The notes below the pieces were generated by a model. The model had not been told where the DNA came from and did not search any database. It was given only the letters and a program-made list of their open reading frames with translations. Position numbers and translations under genes: made by a program. This document shows, one piece after another, positions 29,122-40,419 of a stretch of 64,000 nt of DNA. Where the stretch lies: NCBI GenBank assembly GCA_002269645.1, contig NIVC01000592.1, positions 310,001-374,000 of the forward strand, in the 5' to 3' direction. Each line of letters starts with the position of its first letter. Positions within the stretch are counted from its first letter, which is position 1. The stretch is from Macrostomum lignano (lineage: Eukaryota).

Positions 29122-29947
29122 ATTGTCCCATGACTGAGCGTGCGTTTTTGGTCCAAAAAGCGTGCATTAATCTTACAGTCTATGGCCCAACCCTATGCGG
29201 CGTAGCCAAAAAAGCGTGCAGATAATGAAAAAAGCGTGCAGATAATGAAAAAAGCGTGCAGATAATGAAAAAAGCGTGCAGATAATGAAAAAGCGTGCAG
29301 ATAATAGCGTACAGCGCCACAAAAAACAGCAGTTTGCAAGCAACGTGCACACGAGGCTGCTAGGAGCATACGGCTGGCCATCAGTCTTGCGAAGAGTGCC
29401 GTAAAAGTAGCGCAGGCCAACGCTCAGCTCCTCAGGTTGCGAGGTGTCCAAATCGACGCGCAGGTGCGGATACTTGGCCAAGAAATCGCGAAATTTCGCG
29501 ACGTATTGAGCCTCATGCTTCTTAGACGATTTTACATCGGTCTCTTGCTCCAGCGCCCGGATTGATGCGTCAAGGTCGATCGAGGCCAAGTCGTCGTTCA
29601 AATCAGGGATGGAGTCGAATAGGCGGTTCAGCTCCTCGTTGTCGTCCACACTAGTTGATTGGAGACGTAACTGCTCGTCCACAAGCTTCTCAACGTCGGC
29701 CCACTCCAAATGGTGGGAGATCTCACCGGCCGTCATGCCGCTTCTCATGCCGTTAGGAAATAATGAATCCATATGGGGCCAAACTCACGATCAGAAGCTT
29801 GTGCATAGCATGCAAGAAATTGTCTATGGTCACTAAGAAAATGTCTATGGTAGGAACTCCTAGCTGCAGGAACAAAAAGCGTGCAGATAATAAAGTACAG
29901 TGCTGTGACGAAGAATATTTTCAACGCACGCTCAGTCATGGGACAAT
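29122..29947 (-). mobile_element. Inverted-repeat-bounded element carrying a truncated Crypton/DUF3504-like ORF
   Basis: Perfect 25-bp IR ATTGTCCCATGACTGAGCGTGCGTT (29122-29146, 29923-29947); internal 20-bp repeats AAAAAGCGTGCAGATAATGA (~29205-29305; single copies near 29156 and 29875). Confidence 0.7.
29347..29772 (-). pseudogene. N-terminal fragment of a Crypton-type tyrosine-recombinase (KCTD1/ZMYM/DUF3504-related) protein
   Basis: KFRDFLAKY...EELSVGLRYFYGTLRKTDGQPYAPSSLVC matches the EL...L..F...RK.DG..Y.P.SL motif; similarity ends at residue 142, before the catalytic domain. Confidence 0.7.
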
Positions 29948-29952
29948 ATGCC

Positions 29953-30048
29953 TACTACTAGGCTTACTCGTGCGATAATAGTCTATGACACTCGTGCGCT
30001 TCGCGCACTCGAGCCAAGACTATTATCGCACTCGAAAGCCTAGTAGTA
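29953..30048. other. 96-nt near-perfect palindrome/hairpin
   Basis: TACTACTAGGCTT/AAGCCTAGTAGTA, GTGCGATAATAGTCT/AGACTATTATCGCAC, apical GTGCGC-TTC-GCGCAC. Confidence 0.85.
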
Positions 30049-30065
30049 ATCTTACATTGTATCGC

Positions 30066-30544
30066 TTTGGACAATCAAAACGGGACGCCATGGACATTCA
30101 AGCCAAGCCACAGATCTCACCCTAGTCATGGACTTAAGCAGTTTAGCAGTCTAACTGAGGGAGGCTTGGCCATAGACTATAACTTTGGACATTCAATATG
30201 GGAAAAAGCCCAAAGATTTGCTCGTCTTTGGCCTGAAAGCAACCCCATTCCCTGGCGCCAGCAATTCCTGTAGCAGATCGCCAGCGGATGATTGATGCGA
30301 TTCAACAAATGTCAGCCATCCCAAGAGCTGCAAGAATCTTCCGAATCTACGGACACTTTGTTCACTTTTAAATATTCCAGTGGCCCTGGAAAAGTACATT
30401 AAATTGGGCGAATTCCCGTTTTGAATGGTTTTTTTCCCATTTTGATTGTCCATTCCACATTCTATTGTTGTGCATTCCCAAGCAGCCCGAGTCTGTGCAT
30501 CGTCTGGCTTGAATGTTTATGGCGTCCCGCTTTGATTGTTCAAA
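30066..30544. mobile_element. MITE-like element with 40-bp imperfect TIRs
   Basis: 30066-30105 versus reverse complement of 30505-30544: 36/40 identical; no coding capacity; no TSD identified. Confidence 0.65.
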
Positions 30545-31091
30545 ATCCCGTTTAGATCGTTAAAAGAAAAATAAAGATCAGCCTGTGCTCAAGATTCATG
30601 TCTATGGCCAAGCCGTCGCACAAAGTTCCAACGAAGTGTCATCTCTTTAGTGTGTTTTCCTGTACGGATTTGTCTATGGCCAAACCTCTCTGGGCGCTAT
30701 ATAAAAATTTCAGATCACAGCGAAATCTTTGCTGAATTATTCGGCACGGAGGCTGCCGTTGCGTGCACCCAACCAATTTTCCACTCATTCCTTTTATGGA
30801 ATTGAAAACCTGAGCTGGGGCAGGAGAGGGCTGCAGCTTGAAGACGGCTCAGGCAAGTCAATGCGTGACTGGCACCTGCGCTTCCCATTGTAAACCAAGG
30901 CTTGCGCAGAGTGCTGCTAAAATTTATAGCCTGAAAAAAAGCATAAAAAAGGGGGCCGCCTCTTGCCTAGATACAATGGCTGTAGCTTGCATTTAGCTCT
31001 TTACTGCCATTTTGAACTTTATTGCTTCTGCAATTAATAGCTTTTGGACATGGCCGCCTGCGAGTTAATGGTATCTGAGTGACCCCGTGCG

Positions 31092-33328
31092 GTAGCTGTC
31101 TGACTAGATGGGTAGCTGACTGACTAGATGGGTAGCTGTCTGACTAGATGGGTAGCTGACTGACTAGATAAGTAGCTGACTGACTAGATGGGTAGCTGAC
31201 TGACTAGATGGGTAGCTGACTGACTAGATGGGTAGCTGACTGACTAGATGGGTAGCTGACTGACTAGATGGGTGGCTGACTGACTAGATAAGTAGCTGAC
31301 TGACTAGATGGGTAGCTGACTGACTAGATTGGTAGCTGACTGACCAGATAAGTAGCTGACTGACTAGATGGGTAGCTGACTGACTAGATGGGTAGCTGAC
31401 TGACTAGATGGGTGGCTGACTGACTAGATAAGTAGCTGACTGACTAGATGGGTAGCTGACTGACTAGATTGGTAGCTGACTGACCAGATAAGTAGCTGAC
31501 TGACTAGATGGGTAGCTGACTGACTAGATAAGTAGCTGTCTGACTAGATGGGTAGCTGACTGACTAGATAAGTAGCTGACTGACTAGATGGGTAGCTGAC
31601 TGACTAGATGGGTAGCTGACTGACTAGATGGGTAGCTGACTGACTAGATGGGTGGCTGACTGACTAGATAAATAGCTGACTGACTAGATGGGTGGCTGAC
31701 TGACTAGATAAGTAGCTGACTGACTAGATGGGTAGCTGACTGACTAGATTGGTAGCTGACTGACCAGATAAGTAGCTGACTGACTAGATGGGTAGCTGAC
31801 TGACTAGATAAGTAGCTGACTGACTAGATGGGTAGCTGACTGACTAGATTGGTAGCTGACTGACCAGATAAGTAGCTGACTGACTAGATGGGTAGCTGAC
31901 TGACCAGATAAGTAGCTGACTGACTAGATGGGTAGCTGACTGACTAGATAAGTAGCTGACTGACTAGATGGGTAGCTGACTGACTAGATAAGTAGCTGAC
32001 TGACCAGATAAGTAGCTGACTGACTAGATGGGTAGCTGACTGACTAGATGGGTAGCTGACTGACTAGATAAGTAGGTGACTGACTAGATGGGTAGCTGAC
32101 TGACTAGATGGGTAGCTGACTGACTAGATAAATAGCTGACTGACTAGATAAATAGCTGACTGACTAGATAAGTATCTGACTGACTAGATGGGTAGCTGAC
32201 TGACTAGATAAGTAGCTGACTGACTAGATGGGTAGCTGACTGACTAGATTGGTAGCTGACTGACCAGATAAGTAGCTGACTGACTAGATGGGTAGCTGAC
32301 TGACTAGATGGGTAGCTGACTGACTAGATAAGTAGGTGACTGACTAGATGGGTAGCTGACTGACTAGATGGGTAGCTGACTGACTAGATAAATAGCTGAC
32401 TGACTAGATAAATAGCTGACTGACTAGATAAGTATCTGACTGACTAGATGGGTAGCTGACTGACTAGATGAGTAGCTGACTGACTAGATAAGTAGCTGAC
32501 TGACTAGATGGGTAGCTGACTGACTAGATAAGTAGCTGACTGACTAGATAAATAGCTGACTGACTAGATAAGTATCTGACTGACTAGATGGGTAGCTGAC
32601 TGACTAGATGGGTAGCTGACTGACTAGATGGGTAGCTGACTGACTAGATGGGTAGCTGACTGACTAGATGGGTAGCTGACTGACTAGATGGGTAGCTGAC
32701 TGACTAGATGGGTAGCTGACTGACTAGATGGGTGGCTGACTGACTAGATGAGTAGCTGACTGACTAGATAAGTAGCTGACTGACTAGATGGGTAGCTGAC
32801 TGACTAGATAAATAGCTGACTGACTAGATAAGTATCTGACTGACTAGATGGGTAGCTGACTGACTAGATGGGTAGCTGACTGACTAGATAAGTAGCTGAC
32901 TGACTAGATAAATAGCTGACTGACTAGATAAGTATCTGACTGACTAGATGGGTAGCTGACTGACTAGATGGGTAGCTGACTGACTAGATGGGTAGCTGAC
33001 TGACTAGATGGGTAGCTGACTGACTAGATGGGTAGCTGAGTGACTAGATGGGTAGCTGACTGACTAGATGGGTAGCTGACTGACTAGATAAGTAGCTGAC
33101 TGACTAGATAAATAGCTGACTGACTAGATAAGTATCTGACTGACTAGAAGGGTAGCTGACTGACTAGATGGGTAGCTGACTGACTAGATGGGTAGCTGAC
33201 TGACTAGATGGGTAGCTGACTGACTAGATGGGTAGCTGACTGACTAGATAAGTAGCTGACTGACTAGATGGGTAGCTGACTGACTAGATAAGTAGCTGAC
33301 TGACTAGATAAGTAGCTGACTGACTAGA
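31092..33328. repeat. 20-bp satellite (GGTAGCTGACTGACTAGATG / AGTAGCTGACTGACTAGATA), ~110 copies
   Basis: Exact 20-bp periodicity with a few recurring variants. Confidence 0.97.
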
Positions 33329-34009
33329 CTCCATTGATAAACAATGAACAGATGGGTTCAAATGCACTTTACCAGAACTGTAAGAATGCATAAATCAATC
33401 CTTAATCTGTGCTTGGTCTGACTTCTATAACCCAGCTTCATCAGTGAGTTGTCTCAGTCACATGCAGCATGCAACTGCCCCCCTGGCCACCCCTGTCTAT
33501 CTATCTATCCATAGCCTGCCAAAGACACCGTGAGAACCGGAGAGTCTGAGCCTAAGCGCCCCAACTGCTTGGCCAGTTTCAATTGTTGCCACATCTTTTG
33601 CAGCGAGGGTATGGGGAGGGTAGAGAGAGGGAGAGTGCTGGGTTTCTGAGTGAGGGACACTTTCTGAGAGCACGCATGAAGACAAGGCTGAGCTGCAACG
33701 CGAGCTGCGAAGCTGCAGAAGCTGTTGGAAGGGGGGGTCAGGCCTGATTAGAGAGTGTCGTCAGTAGCGCTGAAATTCTCTGCAGCGGCTATTTTGCAAT
33801 CGCACACGACACAGGAAAAAGTTACAAGCCCGAGCACAGCGGGCGGGCGGCACCAACTATAGGGAGCTCGGAATTAAGCAATTAATTCATCATTTTAGGG
33901 CTGGAATGTCCACGTTGAGTCCTCTAAGAGTGCTTAGTTTTGTTTCGAAATTGGAATTTACAACTTTTGACAAAAAGAAGCCTCCCGGGGTTCGGGACTC
34001 AGGCTTCCG

Positions 34010-34625
34010 ATCCAATCCAATCCAATCCAATCCAAATCCAATTCAATCCAATCCATTCCAATTCATTCCAATCTATTCCAATCCATTCCAATCCATTCCA
34101 ATCCATTCCAATCCATTCCAATCTATTCCAATCTATTCCAATCCATTCCAATCTATTCCAATCTATTCCAATTCATTACAATCCATTCCACTTCATTCTA
34201 ATCCATTCCAATCCATTCCAATCTATTCCAATCTATTCCAATATATTCCAATCCATTCCAATTCATTCCAATCCATTCCAATCTATTCCAATCTATTCCA
34301 ATCCATTCCAATCTATTCCAATCCTATCCAATCTATTCCAATCTATTCCAATTCATTCCAATCCATTCTAATCTGTTCCAATCCATTCCTATCCATTCCA
34401 ATCTATTCCAATACTATCCAATCTATTCCAATCTATTCCAATTCATTCCAATCCATTCTAATCTGTTCCAATCCATTCCAATCCATTCCAATCTATTCCA
34501 ATCTATTCCAATCTATTCCAAGTCAATCCAATCCAATCTATTCTATTTACAACCAGGTTGTAAATATTCTATTTCATCCCAATCCATTTCAATCCAGTCC
34601 ATTCGAATCGAATCCAATCCAATCA
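34010..34625. repeat. Pentamer satellite (ATTCC/AATCC/ATCTA)n
   Basis: 5/10-bp periodicity, CAATCCATTC/CAATCTATTC. Confidence 0.95.
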
Positions 34626-35231
34626 CCACCCCGTGTGCCTCTGTCATTTCACCTACGCAGCTATTATCAGATATTACCATAGAGGTCCATCGCGGGTCGA
34701 AAAAGCATGAATTAACAATTTAAGCAGATTTATCTGGTAAAACGCGTACAGCCTACTTACATAGAGAGTAGATTCCTGGTTGGACTGAATGCCAATTGTC
34801 CGATAAAATTTAAATGTCTACAGAATGTCGCAACTCTAAATAATAGAAATAACTGGAGTAGTTATAACAGGACTCAGCCAGTGCCACCGCGCCCTCATGC
34901 GAGCTCACGCATACTTATATTTCAACGGCTGTATTTCTTTATAGAAATGCGAGATAAAATGAAAATACAAGAAACCGGCGAGTTGAGCGAGTCCTGCTTG
35001 AGTTGAAGGTTTGACTTTTTAATTCGCTACATTAAGCACTGGAGGTACCCATAGGTATAGTACCAAGTATTTAGAATGAACTCTACGTGTACTTGTAAAT
35101 ACTAGTCTAGATGTACAGTATAAACTGTATTTAATTTCCTATCAAGTGGCCAGCAGTAAAATACCTACCAAGCGAATCTAAAATATTTTAAGAGTAAAAA
35201 CTTGTGTTGGCTGTCAGCTGCTCACCTCAAT

Positions 35232-35745
35232 TGGATTCTAGCGGGATTTCAATGGGATTCTAGCCGGGATTTCAATGGGATTCTAGCCGGGATTTCAATG
35301 GGATTCTAGCCGGGATTTCAATGGGATTCTAGCCGGGATTTCAATGGGATTCTAGCCGGGATTTCAATGGGATTCTAGCCGGGATTTCAATGGGATTCTA
35401 GCGGGCTTTGAATAGGATTTCGTGCGATTTCAATGGGATTTCGTGGGATTTCAATGGGATTTCAATGGGATTTCGTGGGATTTCGTGGGATTTCAATGGG
35501 ATTCTAGCCGGGATTTCAATGGGACTCCAACGGGATGTCGATGGGATTCTAGCGGGCTTTGAATAGGATTTCGTGCGATTTCAATGGGATTTCGTAGGAT
35601 TTCAATGGGATTTCGTGCGATTTCAATGGGATTTCGTAGGATTTCAATGGGATTTCGTGCGATTTCAATGGGATTTCGTGGGATTTCAATATGATTTCGT
35701 AGGATTTCAATGGGATTTCGTAGGATTTCAATAGGATTTCGTGGA
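35232..35745. repeat. 21-23 bp minisatellite (GGGATTTCAATGGGATTCTAGCC grading to GGGATTTCGTAGGATTTCAAT)
   Basis: Tandem array just downstream of the minus-strand gene's stop. Confidence 0.93.
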
Positions 35746-35832
35746 ATTCTGATAGTACACTCTGACTGAGCAAGCTGAGGCCATCCAGCGGCATCCTCAG
35801 CTGCACAGCAGTGCAGCAGCTCCACCAGCACT

Positions 35833-38800
35833 TCAGGTGTTCTCCGCAAACAGCGGCTCCGCCTCCAGCTTGCGGTTTTTGACGCGGACGCTGCGCTCCA
35901 GGGCCATCCGCTTCTCCAAGTCCAGCGCGTAGTCCCCGGCCAGCTCCCACTTGTGCTCCGGCTCCACGCTGTTGCTGACCTCGGTGCCCCACTCCGGGTA
36001 CACGTGCTGGATGGTGTGCTCGACGGCCAGGTTGCGGGGCTCCAGCATGCCGCGGAACAGGCGCCAGTCCGCGTACTTCCACGGCGTGTTCTCCAGCGGC
36101 CTGTACGGGTCCGGGCCGAACGGCGTCTGCAGCCGCATGTCGCCCAGCCGGTCCGCCGTGGCGCCGGTCCGCTGAAAGTTGAAGTACAGCTGGGTGTTGT
36201 CCGGGTACGACTCCTTGACGAACAGGGCCACCGGGGCCGGCTCCAGGTACTCCTTGCGGACTTTGTAGGGCGGGAACACCTTCACCATGAGCCGGTCGCA
36301 CTGGTCAATGGCTGTGCAGGTCGGGCCCTTGATGGTGAGCACCAGGTACTTCACCCAGCGGTGCGCGCCTACCCGCCGGTTCAGAATGCGCCGCGTCACC
36401 TCGATCTCACAACCAGTGCGCCTGGCATCGAGAGGGGGGCGATGGCCTTGAGGATGAGCTGGGGAGTGACCTCAATGAGGGTGACCCCAAGCAGAGTGAC
36501 CTCAATGAGGGTGACCCCAAGCAGAGTGACCCCAAGCAGAGTGACCCCAAGCAGAGTGACCCCAAGCAGAGTGACCCCAAGCAGAGTGACCCCAAGCAGA
36601 GTGACCCCAAGCAGAGTGACCCCAAGCAGAGTGACCCCAAGCAGAGTGACCCCAAGCAGAGTGACCCCAAGCAGAGTGACCCCAAGCAGAGTGACCCCAA
36701 GCAGAGTGACCCCAAGCAGAGTGACCCCAAGCAGAGTGACCCCAAGCAGAGTGACCCCAAGCAGAGTGACCCCAAGCAGAGTGACCCCAAGCAGAGTGAC
36801 CCCAAGCAGAGTGACCCCAAGCAGAGTGACCCCAAGCAGAGTGACCCCAAGCAGAGTGACCCCAAGCAGAGTGACCCCAAGCAGAGTGACCCCAAGCAGA
36901 GTGACCCCAAGCAGAGTGACCCCAAGCAGAGTGACCCCAAGCAGAGTGACCCCAAGCAGAGTGACCCCAAGCAGAGTGACCCCAAGCAGAGTGACCCCAA
37001 GCAGAGTGACCCCAAGCAGAGTGACCCCAAGCAGAGTGACCCCAAGCAGAGTGACCCCAAGCAGAGTGACCCCAAGCAGAGTGACCCCAAGCAGAGTGAC
37101 CCCAAGCAGAGTGACCCCAAGCAGAGTGACCCCAAGCAGAGTGACCCCAAGCAGAGTGACCCCAAGCAGAGTGACCCCAAGCAGAGTGACCCCAAGCAGA
37201 GTGACCCCAAGCAGAGTGACCCCAAGCAGAGTGACCCCAAGCAGAGTGACCCCAAGCAGAGTGACCCCAAGCAGAGTGACCCCAAGCAGAGTGACCCCAA
37301 GCAGAGTGACCCCAAGCAGAGTGACCCCAAGCAGAGTGACCCCAAGCAGAGTGACCCCAAGCAGAGTGACCCGAAGGAGCCTACCTGGCGATGGCGCGGA
37401 ACTGACTCGGCTCAATCAGGAAGGCCTCGATGACGCTGTCCGTCATGAGCACCACGAACTCCCGCTTCATCACGTCGGCAAAGACGTTCATGCAGCCAAT
37501 CACGGAGCCCTCCTTCTGCAGGTGGCCAATGCTCAGCTTCTTCTTAGCTGAAACAGGGTTCGCCTTCTCCTCCGTCTGCGGCGGCGCCTCGTCCGGAACG
37601 TCCAGATCGTCGCCCTCGCCCTCGCCTTCGCCTTCGTCCTCGGTGTCGCCTTCGAACTCGTCCGAGGTGCCTTCGCCGGCTCCACCGCCGGCTCCGCCGC
37701 CGCCTCCGCCTTCGCCGCCTCCACCGCCGCCTCCGCCGCCTCCACCGCCGCCGCCACCGCCGCCAACGCCGCCACCGCCGCCACCGCCGCCTCCGCTGCC
37801 TCCACCGCCTCCACTGCCGCCGCCACCGCCGCCACCGCCCCTCCGCCGCCTCCGAATCCATCTGACTGAACTTCCCCGCCGCGAATTTTCTGCTTCTGCT
37901 GCTGCATGGAAAGCGACGCGCCTACCGGCTGGTTCCGCTGGTCGCCGATGCCAGCGTCCCGAGAATCCGAGTCCGTCAGCAGCTTGTCCTTGGAGGCCCG
38001 CGAGGCCCGCCGCTGCTGCGAGTCTGGCGGCGTCGGGTGAGTCCACCGCCAGTTGTCGCTGCCGCTGGAGGCGTCCGGCGACGAGTCCGCGCTGTCCTGG
38101 CTGCCCGGGCTCCTGTGGCGGCGGCAAAGGTTGGTGGATTTGTGTCCACGCTACTACTCTCTAAATAACTATCAGTAGTGCGATGTGGGTTTTTTATTTG
38201 CTACAGCTTGTTATAAAAGTTTAGAAAAAAATTACTGAGTCTCACAGATCCCAGTCTCACAAATCCCAGTCTCACAGACTCCAGTCTCACAGACCCCAGT
38301 CTCACAGACCCCAGTCTCACAGACCCCAGTCTCACAGACCCCAGTCGATCCTAGGCCCCAGTCTCACATATCCCAGTCTCACAGACCCCAGTCTCACATA
38401 TCCCAGTCTCACAGATCCCAGTCTCACAGACCCCAGTCTCACAGACCCCAGTCTCACAGATCCCAGTCTCACAGACCCCAGTCTCACAGATCCCAGTCTC
38501 ACAGACCCCAGTCTCACAGATCCCAGTCTCACAGACCCCAGTCTCACAGATCCCAGTCTCACAGACCCCAGTCTCACAGACCCCAGTCTCACAGACCCCA
38601 GTCGATCCTAGGCCCCAGTCTCACATATCCCAGTCTCACAGACTCCAGTCTCACATATCCCAGTCTCACAGATCCCAGTCTCACAGACCCCAGTCTCACA
38701 GACCCCAGTCTCACAGATCCCAGTCTCACAGACCCCAGTCAATCCTAGGCCCCAGTCTCACATATCCCAGTCTCACATATCCCAGTCTCACAGCTCCCAG

Positions 38801-40211
38801 TCTCACAGCTCCCAGTCTCACAGCTCCCAGTCTCACAGCTCCCAGTCTCACAGCTCCCAGTCTCAGATATCCCAGTCTCACAGCTCCCAGTCTCACAGAT
38901 CCCAGTCTCACAGACCCCAGTCTCACAGCTCCCAGTCTCAGATATCCCAGTCTCACAGCTCCCAGTCTCACAGCTCCCAGTCTCACAGCTCCCAGTCTCA
39001 CAGCTCCCAGTCTCACAGCTCCCAGTCTCACAGCTCCCAGTCTCACAGCTCCCAGTCTCACAGCTCCCAGTCTCACAGATTCCAGTCTCACAGACCCCAG
39101 TCTCACAGCTCCCAGTCTCACAGCTCCCAGTCTCAGATATCCCAGTCTCACAGCTCCCAGTCTCACAGCTCCCAGTCTCACAGCTCCCAGTCTCACAGCT
39201 CCCAGTCTCACAGCTCCCAGTCTCACAGCTCCCAGTCTCAGATATCCCAGTCTCACAGCTCCCAGTCTCACAGCTCCCAGTCTCACAGCTCCCAGTCTCA
39301 CAGCTCCCAGTCTCACAGCTCCCAGTCTCACAGCTCCCAGTCTCACAGCTCCCAGTCTCACAGCTCCCAGTCTCACAGCTCCCAGTCTCACAGCTCCCAG
39401 TCTCACAGCTCCCAGTCTCACAGCTCCCAGTCTCACAGCTCCCAGTCTCAGATATCCCAGTCTCACAGCTCCCAGTCTCACAGCTCCCAGTCTCACAGCT
39501 CCCAGTCTCACAGCTCCCAGTCTCACAGCTCCCAGTCTCACAGCTCCCAGTCTCACAGCTCCCAGTCTCACAGCTCCCAGTCTCACAGCTCCCAGTCTCA
39601 CAGCTCCCAGTCTCACAGCTCCCAGTCTCACAGCTCCCAGTCTCACAGCTCCCAGTCTCACAGCTCCCAGTCTCACAGACCCCAGTCTCACAGCTCAGTA
39701 TTGCTAGACTGAGTGTCAATAACAAAGTTGGCGTCTAAGATGCCGCCGGAGGTGGCCATCTCGCTGGTCAGGCGGGTGATGACGGTGGTCCGATGGCCGC
39801 CGTTGGAGTGCCGCTGTATATCGCTGAGACCGCACTGCATCTCTGTGGTGTTGTTGTTGGTGCTTCGGGCGGCCGCTTTGCGCTCAGCGGCCAGGATTGA
39901 GTCGTAGAGTCGGCCAGCAGCTTTCAGAGTCGACGGTTGCTGCGGCTGCTGCTGCGGCTGCTGACGCGCCTGCTGACGCAGGGCTCGCGTGGCGGCCGGC
40001 TGAGCCCGGCTGTTGGTCCAGGGGTCCCAGCCCGCGAGGCTGCTGACCCGGCCAAAGCGGCTGCAGCCGCCGGCACTGCCGGAGCTGCTCAAAGTCAGGC
40101 ACTCGGGCGCGCGGGAGGAGCCCGGCTCAGTTAGCAGGTCGGTCGCTGACCGGTAGCTCATTGGGGCCAAGGGCGACGCGATGGCGAGGTGAAGGAACGA
40201 GAATGCAGGAA
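35833..40211 (-). CDS. Uncharacterised protein: Q/S-rich N-terminus, ~55-residue poly-Gly tract, acidic stretch, cNMP-binding-like segment; apparent 1-nt frameshift near 37840
   Basis: Exons ~40211 (ATG at 40161 or 40290) to 39692, 38112-37385, 36421-35833; junctions CT|GTGAGA..CAG|G and AG|GTAGGC..CAG|G agree in phase. SIGHLQKEGSVIG...KREFVVLMTDSVIEAFLIEPSQF resembles the C-terminal half of a cyclic-nucleotide-binding fold. Confidence 0.6.
36465..37372. repeat. 15-bp intronic satellite GTGACCCCAAGCAGA, ~60 near-identical copies
   Basis: Fills almost all of intron 37384-36422. Confidence 0.97.
38245..39693. repeat. 15-bp intronic satellite CCCAGTCTCACAG(CT/AC/AT), ~95 copies
   Basis: Begins at the predicted donor; three GTC(G/A)ATCCTAGGCC interruptions near 38345, 38600 and 38740. 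Confidence 0.97.
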
Positions 40212-40419
40212 CTGAAGACGCAAAGCAAGACAAGTCGTTTGAAGCCCTGCTCTCTGCAGCTCGGTTCTGCGTTTCGTTTGCCGCTGCCATGGTTGGAATG
40301 GGAGAGAGGCAGGAATTCCTGCTTAGCAATAGTCTATGGCCAGGATGTGAGCACTGCGCTGCTCACGGGTCTGCGGATTTAGACTTTTCTACATTCGTTG
40401 CAACCTTCTTATTCAAAGA

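Noticed and set aside
33510-33612. Exon-like segment with CCHIFC resembling a RING motif
   Set aside because: Remaining RING cysteines are missing and no partner exons were found.
36396-39725. Long repeat ORFs (VTPSR, GVTLL, ETGSC, VRLGA)
   Set aside because: Translations of 15-bp intronic satellites lacking stops in some frames.
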